In this document: in pieces, positions 28,550 to 36,267 of the stretch
Layout: each line of letters starts with the position of its first letter
How positions within the stretch are numbered: position 1 is the first letter of the stretch
Sequence record: HQ630627.1
Source: Pseudomonas phage PhiPA3
DNA: 64,000 bases
Direction: 5' to 3' (one strand)
Position numbers and translations under genes: made by a program
The notes under the pieces: generated by a model
What the model was told of the DNA's origin: nothing
Seen by the model: the letters and a program-made list of their open reading frames with translations, nothing else
Database searches by the model: none

Positions 28550-30337
28550 TTAGGCCAAAGGGGCCTCTTCCTCTTCTTGCTCTTCTTCAGCCTGCTCTTC
28601 TGCTTCTACCTCAGCTTCATCCACAACGGATTCTTCTTCAGTTTCAGCAGCTTCTTCCTCGGTCAGTGCACCGGCCTCGGCAACGCTGTCGTACGGATCG
28701 GCTTCAGTCTCTTCAACTTCATCGAACTCGTCTTCACCTTCCGCCATCGGTGGCAGACCATCGTCAGATTCCGGAACGGATTCAACGACGTCTTCATCTA
28801 CTTCAGCTTTCCCTTCTGCTTCTTCTTGGAAGAGAGGTTCAGCACCCGTTTCACTTTCGGCTTCAGCTTCCGGCAGTTTAGCATTCGGATCGACATCTGC
28901 TTCGAAGTCTTCTACCTTGATCTGTGCAGCTAGGAACAGAGCTACCAGCGAGATCAGACCTTGGGTATTCAGTTCACGAACAGAAGCATCCGGGAAGTGT
29001 TGACCGTATTCGTCGATCGCTTGCAGGTAATCCAGATACGTGGACTGCGGGAAGTACACTTTGCAGATCAGAGTAGCGAACACCGTGTAGGGGTTCTTGG
29101 TGTCTTCAATGCGAATGTAGCGCATGGCATCGGCCAGTACACCACGTAGGTTCGGGATAGCACGATCTTTCAGTGCAGTCTCGTTAACCTGCGACATGAA
29201 GGCAGCAACGATATCTTGACGGCGACTACGTTCGGCTGCATCGATAGCAGCTTGCTTGATCAGCGGGTAAGTGGCAACCCAACGATTGACCAGGTAATCG
29301 GATTTGGCTTCGATGGAAGCCACGGTGTCCAGACCAGTACCTTCGATAGCTGCACCCAGAATGGCTTGGATGTTGCCACCTTTAGCCAACCACTGAGGAG
29401 CTACGTCACCATTGATGATTACAACCACCTTACGGTTTTCGATGTACTTATCAGCGTCGTAACGCAGAACCAGCTGCTCACGCTCACGGGCTTCAATACG
29501 ACGAGCATAAGCACGCAATACATACGAACCCAGCATTTCGTGAAGCAGGCGAACAACGTTGTTCCATTCGTCCAGTGTTACCGATTCACCCGGAACAGTT
29601 TGCGGGTTTTCGATGTAGTGACCGCAGATGAAATACGCCATCAGCAGTTCATCAATATTGAACGGAGCATTGGCCAGACGCAGGAAGTCCAAGCTGGCTG
29701 GATTAACTACATGACCAGTACCGAACAGAGCCGTCCATACAGCTTCAATACGTTCAACCGGAATCTTCAGTGCCCATTCAGTAACCTGCTCTTGATCCAG
29801 GTGTGGGTTATTGACAGCCACCATCTCAATGATGGTTTCCGCCGACAGAGGCTTGAGCATGAAGGTACGGTATTCAGCCAGCGGGCGAACACGAGCGTAA
29901 CGATCATTGATGTGGTTAACCAGACGCGGATCGTTGTGGATAGGGTCGTAGTTGAAAGACTCTACACGGCAATCAGCTTGAGAGCTAGCACCCTGACGAC
30001 TGGCGTAATCATTGTGCATTGCGGTGATAGCCGGGATGATCACGTTTTGGGTATTGAACTGCACACGTGCAATTGCGGTGTGCAGGTTGGCGATCATGGC
30101 CTCACGTTCATCGTCAACCGATGCTGGAGTTTCCTGGTTGATTTCTTCGAAGTGGTCTTCTACCGATGCAGCCAGTTCATCAGACATTTCAACCTTGTTG
30201 GGTTGTTCGTCTACGTTCAGGCCATCAGCAAAGACACCCACCGGGGTATCCATGTTAGGGACAGTAAGAACTCGCCCATCGCGAGTGAAGGATTGGGCCG
30301 CATCACGTACCGCATCCATAGAGGTAATCTCGGACAT
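28550..30337 (-). CDS. hypothetical virion protein with extreme poly-acidic C-terminal tail (595 aa)
   Basis: ORF. The last 120 aa are almost purely E/D/A ('EEQAEEEQEEEEAPLA'). No beta' motifs such as a bridge helix or trigger loop. Confidence 0.6.
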   Translation of the reverse strand: MSEITSMDAVRDAAQSFTRDGRVLTVPNMDTPVGVFADGLNVDEQPNKVEMSDELAASVEDHFEEINQETPASVDDEREAMIANLHTAIARVQFNTQNVIIPAITAMHNDYASRQGASSQADCRVESFNYDPIHNDPRLVNHINDRYARVRPLAEYRTFMLKPLSAETIIEMVAVNNPHLDQEQVTEWALKIPVERIEAVWTALFGTGHVVNPASLDFLRLANAPFNIDELLMAYFICGHYIENPQTVPGESVTLDEWNNVVRLLHEMLGSYVLRAYARRIEAREREQLVLRYDADKYIENRKVVVIINGDVAPQWLAKGGNIQAILGAAIEGTGLDTVASIEAKSDYLVNRWVATYPLIKQAAIDAAERSRRQDIVAAFMSQVNETALKDRAIPNLRGVLADAMRYIRIEDTKNPYTVFATLICKVYFPQSTYLDYLQAIDEYGQHFPDASVRELNTQGLISLVALFLAAQIKVEDFEADVDPNAKLPEAEAESETGAEPLFQEEAEGKAEVDEDVVESVPESDDGLPPMAEGEDEFDEVEETEADPYDSVAEAGALTEEEAAETEEESVVDEAEVEAEEQAEEEQEEEEAPLA

Positions 30338-30346
30338 GATGTCTCC

Positions 30347-30589
30347 TTAAATACCCAGCAGTTTAGACACACGAGCTACCAGGGCAGCTTGGATATCCGG
30401 TTTAGTCAGAAACTCGCCTTCCAGTGTGGCGGCGTGAGAGTCAGAGCCCAGGGACCGAACGATAGCTTCGGCCCCCAGTTCAGCAACAGCGGTCAAAACT
30501 GCTACGTTCTGACCGTGTGCAACGTTACTACTTAGCTTTTGCATTTGTGGTTCCTCGATATACGCCTGCAATATGCTTGGACAATGCAC
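30347..30589 (-). CDS. RNAP beta-subunit C-terminal region I homolog encoded in a +1-shifted short ORF (65-80 aa)
   Basis: 'VAHGQNVAVLTAVAELGAEAIVRSLGSDSHAATLEG' parallels bacterial beta '[40 protein letters not shown]'. The frame stays open upstream to 30628 ('CLLNSFQPRAFCSVHCPSILQAY', compare '[23 protein letters not shown]'). Overlaps the 3' end of ORF 30528..31784 in another frame. Confidence 0.45.
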   Translation of the reverse strand: MHCPSILQAYIEEPQMQKLSSNVAHGQNVAVLTAVAELGAEAIVRSLGSDSHAATLEGEFLTKPDIQAALVARVSKLLGI

Positions 30590-31784
30590 GGAGCAAAATG
30601 CTCGTGGTTGAAATGAGTTTAGGAGACATTACCATCCGTTCCTCTACAGAAGTATTGCCGAAGATCAGATCAATCGGAGTACCGTCTTCCGTTTCGTTAC
30701 GACCTTCCATTACCCGAGAGATAACAGTTTTCATCTGGTTACCGAGTACACCTTTATCACCGACACCACAAGAGATGTCATGGTCGATATAGATGCGGAT
30801 AACCATGTGGTCTGGTTCAAGGATTTGACCTTTCACACGGAACGACGAATCCACTTCACCGGTAAACACCGGTTGATTCAGAGACTTCGCAATATCTGCA
30901 CGTTGTTTGTCAGAGGCGCGAGCGATCGCTTGCAGGTTCTCGGACATGTCTTCGATGTCACCATGATAGTAACATTCGATCTTCGACACAGTACCGACAA
31001 CTTTAGCACGCGGGGTGTGCGCAGCCAGTCGACGCAGCGTTTCAATAGCCGCATCGCCAAACAGCGTGTTCTCTGCGGTTTCGGGGTCTTCGATTATACA
31101 TAGAATTGAATTCAGGTCGACATGGTCTCCCCGCTTCACCAATTCTGAAACATGTTGATCAAAGCGAACAGTGATGTTCTTAATGTCGGTGGTCTGTGTT
31201 TGTAGGCGCACAGCCAGTTCTTTCGAAATGGTTGAGCCGTCCTCCAATGTATCGAGGTTATCACAGAAAGCCACCGTTGCCATACATCCAGCTTTCCACA
31301 ACACTTGGCCCGGAGCATAACGGTCCGCAGTGAAGTACTTACGGTTGTACGCGATCGTATCACCATGTTTGAACTTGTCACCTTTCTTCAGATCAGTTAC
31401 CAAGTCATGTGGATAGTTCACACCAGCAGCGGTGCCATGAACGATCCCCAGAGGCGAACTCACGATTTCTCCATCAGCGTATTTAACGGTAATGCCATGC
31501 TCGTCAACCGAGATAACTTCACCGTCTTGTTCAGCAGCAGTAGCGAAGATGGAACTGGTACGCTGTGCTACAATTTGCTCGTAGCCGGTACGCACTGGAG
31601 TTACTTCGTAACCATCAGCATAGATACCTTGCTGTTGCTGAATACTGATAAATCCGACGCGTTTCATCGAGATCTTCAGATAGTTCGTTAGACTATCCCG
31701 TGCGTTTAAGCACTGCTCTAGGCTTTCCCTAGATGTCGAGACTATATCTTCCCCTACGTGAGAGGCTTCCCATTTCGAGCCCAC
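30528..31784 (-). CDS. RNAP beta subunit, exon-2 portion (real coding sequence begins about 31644; the first 46 codons of the ORF are intron)
   Basis: 'SIQQQQGIYADGYEVTPVRTGYEQIVAQ' (compare 'NMQRQAVPL..KPLVGTGMERAVAV'). 'TVAFCDNLDTLEDGSTISKEL' (compare '[21 protein letters not shown]'). 'GDKGVLGNQMKTVISRV...EDGTPIDLIFGNTSVEERM' (compare 'GDKMAGRHGNKGVISKI...[20 protein letters not shown]'). Confidence 0.75.
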   Translation of the reverse strand: MGSKWEASHVGEDIVSTSRESLEQCLNARDSLTNYLKISMKRVGFISIQQQQGIYADGYEVTPVRTGYEQIVAQRTSSIFATAAEQDGEVISVDEHGITVKYADGEIVSSPLGIVHGTAAGVNYPHDLVTDLKKGDKFKHGDTIAYNRKYFTADRYAPGQVLWKAGCMATVAFCDNLDTLEDGSTISKELAVRLQTQTTDIKNITVRFDQHVSELVKRGDHVDLNSILCIIEDPETAENTLFGDAAIETLRRLAAHTPRAKVVGTVSKIECYYHGDIEDMSENLQAIARASDKQRADIAKSLNQPVFTGEVDSSFRVKGQILEPDHMVIRIYIDHDISCGVGDKGVLGNQMKTVISRVMEGRNETEDGTPIDLIFGNTSVEERMVMSPKLISTTSILLRALSKHIAGVYRGTTNAKAK

Positions 31785-32999
31785 TTGAGCCCTACACCGT
31801 GATAAGCGGTTAGTCGTTGAACCTTACCCATATCTTTCGACTTAGGGTCTTGGCTGCTGATTGTCCAATCTATCTCGTTTTCAAACCGTCAATACCTGCT
31901 TTCGCGGTACTTGTGGTGAGACAGCTCTAAGGACGTTCCAGCAATTAGAGAAGATACCATCTAGATATCGCTATCTAGTGGGACTGTATCTATTAAATCT
32001 TTGTAATAGCCATAGCGATAGCCATCACTATAAACTTTGTTACCTTTGGATTTCAAACGTTCATTTAACGTAGTGGGTTTTAAGAACATTGACGATGCGC
32101 ACATGTGTGGAGATTCGAAGGCAATCCTTCTACCATTTTCACCAATCAACAGCACGGGTTTCTTCCCAGCTAAAGCCATGTCAAGGTAAGGATCATCAAC
32201 TATTCGCCATTCATCGGTATCCCATCGAATCTGACGGAGACCAGGTATGATTGGTTGAGTTGGATCGTTTATCCATTGGCTAACAGTAGGTAATGCAAAC
32301 CCAATAAATCTAGCTGCATCTGTGAGACTGACGAATTCAGTAATTTCACCGGAAATGAGACACTTTATTAAAACTTTCCGATGATTTAGGTTAGCTTGAA
32401 TCTCTTTATCAATGTCAACTGGTATATACCAAGGTTTATCACTAATGCGTCGATACTGTCGTTTCTCGGGAAACACACGCTCCTGCCCGACTTTGACTCG
32501 GTATGAGATAGCGTCTTTCGATAAACCGTAATATCGACCGCAGTCAATGTAACTGGGGAAAGTGCGAACTTCCCCTGTGATAGAATCCCTGACTTCAATT
32601 GGAATACATTTATCAGAAATTCCAATCTCTCCAGCATGCTCAATATTGCGTTGAGCGGTTACCCATTCTAAGTTATCAAGGCGGTCATCGCCTTTTATGC
32701 CGTTTTTGTGATTCACCACCAGTTTAGTTATATCTGAATCAAAGGGAATGTAGACGAATGCTAGTAATCGATGTCGTCCCCATGTAAGAGTAACTCCATG
32801 ATCGTCCGTCAAACGTAGGTTAACGTAACCAGCTGGATTAACACTTCCCTCCATGAGAGAGCAAGTGTGAAAGCTGTATACATCCCCGTCCCTTGAAATA
32901 AGATATTTACTGTAACCAGGAATCGGCGAGAAATCCTTTAAGTTTATAGCCATGTCTATCCTCCAAAAACACTATAACATTGGAGTATAGACTTCACAA
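31645..32999 (-). mobile_element. Group I self-splicing intron (about 1.35 kb) carrying an HNH homing-endonuclease ORF; boundaries approximate to within a few nt
   Basis: Minus-strand RNA shows canonical core elements. P is 'AAUUGCUGG' (rc of 31938-31948). Q is 'CAGCAGCCAAGACCCUAAGUC' (rc of 31839-31859), near-identical to Tetrahymena Q. R is 'GGUUCAACGACUAACC' (rc of 31808-31823). S is 'AAGAUAUAGUCUCG' (rc of 31737-31750). The 5' exon ends in U and the intron ends in G before exon 2. It interrupts the invariant beta motif DDANRALMGANMQRQ. Confidence 0.75.
31961..32953 (-). CDS. HNH homing endonuclease (intron-encoded, 330 aa)
   Basis: SD 'GGAGGA' before ATG 32953. NUMOD-like N-terminus 'YSKYLISRDGDVYSF'. 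HNH motif 'VVNHKNGIKGDDRLDNLEWVTAQRNIEHA'. Lies wholly between the two halves of a split conserved beta motif. Confidence 0.85.
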   Translation of the reverse strand: MAINLKDFSPIPGYSKYLISRDGDVYSFHTCSLMEGSVNPAGYVNLRLTDDHGVTLTWGRHRLLAFVYIPFDSDITKLVVNHKNGIKGDDRLDNLEWVTAQRNIEHAGEIGISDKCIPIEVRDSITGEVRTFPSYIDCGRYYGLSKDAISYRVKVGQERVFPEKRQYRRISDKPWYIPVDIDKEIQANLNHRKVLIKCLISGEITEFVSLTDAARFIGFALPTVSQWINDPTQPIIPGLRQIRWDTDEWRIVDDPYLDMALAGKKPVLLIGENGRRIAFESPHMCASSMFLKPTTLNERLKSKGNKVYSDGYRYGYYKDLIDTVPLDSDI

Positions 33000-35900
33000 A
33001 CATTCAATAAACAATAACAATCATCGTTCATTGAACCTACGGCCAACAATGCTGACGTAGACAGCATCTTAGCGTGACCGTCTGTTTCTTTATCGAACAT
33101 GCGGGTCGTACCACGCATGCTGACAAAGTTAGCGTCAGGCGAGAGGTAAGCAATTACACCCACGTCACCGGAGTCTACTGTCGATTCCGAAACCACACCT
33201 ACGTCAGCTTCACCGTAGATACGAGTACGCGCCACCATCGATGTTGGACCATGGCCACCATCACCACGATAGGTCATGGCTTCTTGCTCTCGCAAGTTGG
33301 CGATCGGGTTGGAGTCTTCAATCGTTGCGACAGTCGGATCCTGAACAATCTTGCGCCAGATTTCGTGTTGGTCAAGAATGATCTGTTGATCAGCAGAACC
33401 TTCACGGTTGTTGTACACCTTAGCGGCTTGGTTCAGAGACTTGTAAATGGCCCCAGCCATGCGTTCATAGCCACGATAACGCATGTAAGCACCGTCGACC
33501 TCACCCGGAGACCAATCGTTCATCAGAAGCTCTACAGAACGATACAGCAATCCTTCGAAGTCCGTTGGCTCACCCATCTCCTCCAAAATACCTTTGGTGA
33601 TGGGATCCACCCAGGAATTAAACAGATGGGTAATCTCTTTGGCGTAGCGACTAGACAACCCAGCCTCTTCCAGAACACGGTAATACACGTCACGACGGTC
33701 GAAGTCATAACGAGAAAACTTCTTCAGTGATTGATGATACCGTTTAAAGCCAGCGAGCACGAGTTGTGCTTTGTAGTCCTGACGAGAGAACACAAGGATC
33801 TCATCAGCAAAGGCTAACGTGTAGTCGTCTTGGGAGACCTGAATGCGAGTACCGCGCTGGTGTTTATCGTACTTGACCCCCAGCTTGTTTAACAGATTGG
33901 TCAGACCACCATGGAACCCAAGGATGAATGCTAGTGGAATCTCTTTGTTAGAGACCGACATAACAATCGCTTCTAACGGTGCCTTGGTCAGATTCAGCCC
34001 AACCATGTCAACCAGTGTACCCATTGGTTCGAGATCATTGCCATCTTGCAAGTAGAAGTTACCTGCTTGATCTAACATGATAGGTTGACCTTCACGGACA
34101 CCTGTCATGACGTAACCATCTTTCTCGAACTGCGTTACATCCAGATGGAACTTCTCTCGGAAGTAATCTACACGGTCAGCGTACTTGAAGTACAACTGGT
34201 TCTTACCATTATCGAACGCTTGGAACGCACCACCCATTGCAGAATACACACGAGGCAATACGTAAGCTGATTGATCCAGCTCAGCGTAACGGACGTTGGT
34301 GATCGATTGATCATTGGGATCCAGAGCACGAGCGGTGATCTGACGAACCAACCACACATCGTAGTTGTTGACAGCCAATCCAGAACGAGACACGAAAGTC
34401 TTGTTATAGTAGCTGGTCAATGCCACTCGGGTTGGGTTAACTTTACGGATCGGTACGTCTGCCCGCTGCATCCGTTGGCGGTAGGTGACCCCATTAGAAC
34501 GGAAACGACCATCACGATCAATCACCGGAATGCGGAAACGCAATTGGCTAGAACGACCACGAATCGGCTTCACTGTCACAGTGAATGATTGGTAATGGTT
34601 CATGGCGTCTTGCACTTCTTCCATCTTGATATCGGTCACTGCGATACCTTGCTGTTGAATAGCCAGGACCGAGTTCATGATGTCTTTAGGTAGCAACGTC
34701 TTGTTGTACTTACGCACCATCGCCTTGTGTTTAGCACCGAGCATCGACTTATCGAGGATCGTCGTTTTGTCGGCGAACTTCACTTCAGGGATAGCGTAGT
34801 CTTCGGCTGCATACTGCATGGCTTCCGCAATCGTCTTACCTGAACCAAAGGGATCCGGCAGGGACTTATAGCTGCTAGCGTCTTCTACAGCCTGTTCGAA
34901 GGTACGGGGTGAGATCATACCCACCTGATACAATTCAAACGCTTTAGCCCCTACACCATCGACCAATGGATCATCAGTCTCAAAACGAGGCAGAGCGGAT
35001 TTGGTAGCCTTACCGTCAGAAACGTTAAGGGTCTTCTCAGCTTCTACTTCTTTGACCAGTGGTGCAGTTTCTAACGGATCTTTCTCAATAACCAGCGTCG
35101 TGATTTCGAGCTCAGACTCCGGAGGAGGATTGTAGGTGACTTCCATCAAACCCAGGTCAAGTGTTTTCACAATCGACGAATCGTCTTTACTGGAGTCATC
35201 CACTACATCACCTACGTCAACGTCTTCAGCCTCTTCTTGAGGCTCAACGTCATCAGTGGGTTCAATGTCTTCATCTTCCGATACCACATCAGTGGGTTCT
35301 TCCAACGCGGTGGGGCTAATCGCTACATCACTACTGTCCTGTTCAACCAGAGTATCATTACCATGGTTGTATTCCACCAGCGTGGTCAGCAAGCTCAGGA
35401 TACGGCGTTGCATCACGTCTGGGGTATAGACGACTTCCAGACCCAGTTCGTCGACGTACGACTCTTGAGCAACAGTGAGCTGTTCTTCTTCAAACTCAGG
35501 AGACTTCCGCCATTCTTCCAGTAGACCCAGATTGATCACAAAGAACGAACCTTGTGCACGGATCAGGAAGTTGATCTTCTCGTAAGCTTCACGTGGCAGA
35601 ACAGACATGAACGAAGTTTCACGACTGTTACCAAAGAAGCGGTACAGATCAAAGATGTTCAATACCGCCGGCGTGCGGAACTTCTCCAGCAGGGCTTGAG
35701 TTTGACCTTTGGAGAACTGGACAAATTCTGAATACAACGGAATCGATTCTGGAATATGGATCTCGATGAACTGGTTCCAACCGAACCGTTTATGTGCATC
35801 TACCACGCCATCCCAGAAGGTAGCGGTGTTATTGACCCATCGATACCATCCAGCTTTATAGTTAGCTTGGTACTTATAAAGGTCATTGAGCATGTTGTAG

Positions 35901-36262
35901 TTGAACACTGCTACGTTTTGCAGGTTAAGCTTAACAGCCTCGTCTTTGCGCAGTGGTTTGAAGAAACGATGTTGACGACGGAACTCTTGTTCGAGTGTGG
36001 TCGCAATAACGCTGGTACGCCGTGCGTTACCATCAAGTGTCTTCAGTTCCAACTTGTGTTCAATGAACGACTTCCCCATCAACCGCGCAAAGATGGGATC
36101 CGATTGACTCGGACCCCGAACAGCGTAGTTGTCGTCGAAGAACTGGTAAACAGTCTCCAAAGGAAGCTCAAGTTTCTTGACGGCATGAAGTCTCGGCTTC
36201 TGCAACTCACTAGCCTGCTTGAGGCCATAGTTCTTAAGAAACTGTGCTATTTTTAAGCGCAT
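32972..36262 (-). CDS. RNAP beta subunit, exon-1 portion (N-terminal and middle regions; real exon ends about 33000, the last 9 codons are intron)
   Basis: 'KEIPLAFILGFHGG' (compare beta 'IPIxxLLRALG'). C-terminal 'YRGDGGHGPTSMVARTRIYGEADVGVVSESTVDSGDVGVIAYLSPDANF' (compare '[51 protein letters not shown]'). Ends '...LLAVGSMNDDCYCLLN' (compare 'SLIPFLEHDDANRALM'), then diverges. Confidence 0.75.
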   Translation of the reverse strand: MRLKIAQFLKNYGLKQASELQKPRLHAVKKLELPLETVYQFFDDNYAVRGPSQSDPIFARLMGKSFIEHKLELKTLDGNARRTSVIATTLEQEFRRQHRFFKPLRKDEAVKLNLQNVAVFNYNMLNDLYKYQANYKAGWYRWVNNTATFWDGVVDAHKRFGWNQFIEIHIPESIPLYSEFVQFSKGQTQALLEKFRTPAVLNIFDLYRFFGNSRETSFMSVLPREAYEKINFLIRAQGSFFVINLGLLEEWRKSPEFEEEQLTVAQESYVDELGLEVVYTPDVMQRRILSLLTTLVEYNHGNDTLVEQDSSDVAISPTALEEPTDVVSEDEDIEPTDDVEPQEEAEDVDVGDVVDDSSKDDSSIVKTLDLGLMEVTYNPPPESELEITTLVIEKDPLETAPLVKEVEAEKTLNVSDGKATKSALPRFETDDPLVDGVGAKAFELYQVGMISPRTFEQAVEDASSYKSLPDPFGSGKTIAEAMQYAAEDYAIPEVKFADKTTILDKSMLGAKHKAMVRKYNKTLLPKDIMNSVLAIQQQGIAVTDIKMEEVQDAMNHYQSFTVTVKPIRGRSSQLRFRIPVIDRDGRFRSNGVTYRQRMQRADVPIRKVNPTRVALTSYYNKTFVSRSGLAVNNYDVWLVRQITARALDPNDQSITNVRYAELDQSAYVLPRVYSAMGGAFQAFDNGKNQLYFKYADRVDYFREKFHLDVTQFEKDGYVMTGVREGQPIMLDQAGNFYLQDGNDLEPMGTLVDMVGLNLTKAPLEAIVMSVSNKEIPLAFILGFHGGLTNLLNKLGVKYDKHQRGTRIQVSQDDYTLAFADEILVFSRQDYKAQLVLAGFKRYHQSLKKFSRYDFDRRDVYYRVLEEAGLSSRYAKEITHLFNSWVDPITKGILEEMGEPTDFEGLLYRSVELLMNDWSPGEVDGAYMRYRGYERMAGAIYKSLNQAAKVYNNREGSADQQIILDQHEIWRKIVQDPTVATIEDSNPIANLREQEAMTYRGDGGHGPTSMVARTRIYGEADVGVVSESTVDSGDVGVIAYLSPDANFVSMRGTTRMFDKETDGHAKMLSTSALLAVGSMNDDCYCLLNVCEVYTPML

Positions 36263-36267
36263 GGTTT

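Noticed and set aside
28550-30337. 595-aa protein as the missing beta' C-terminal half
   Set aside because: It has no bridge-helix or trigger-loop-like motifs, and the poly-acidic tail is atypical.
29216-30535. 439-aa plus-strand ORF antisense to the 595-aa and beta-tail genes
   Set aside because: It is a shadow of a minus-strand operon with consistent packing, and no start context.
31645-31784. N-terminal 46 residues of the 418-aa ORF as genuine protein sequence
   Set aside because: This stretch overlaps the group I S element and P9 region. Homology to beta resumes only at about residue 47.
33074-33730. 218-aa plus-strand ORF inside RNAP beta exon 1
   Set aside because: It is antisense to a sequence with clear beta homology.
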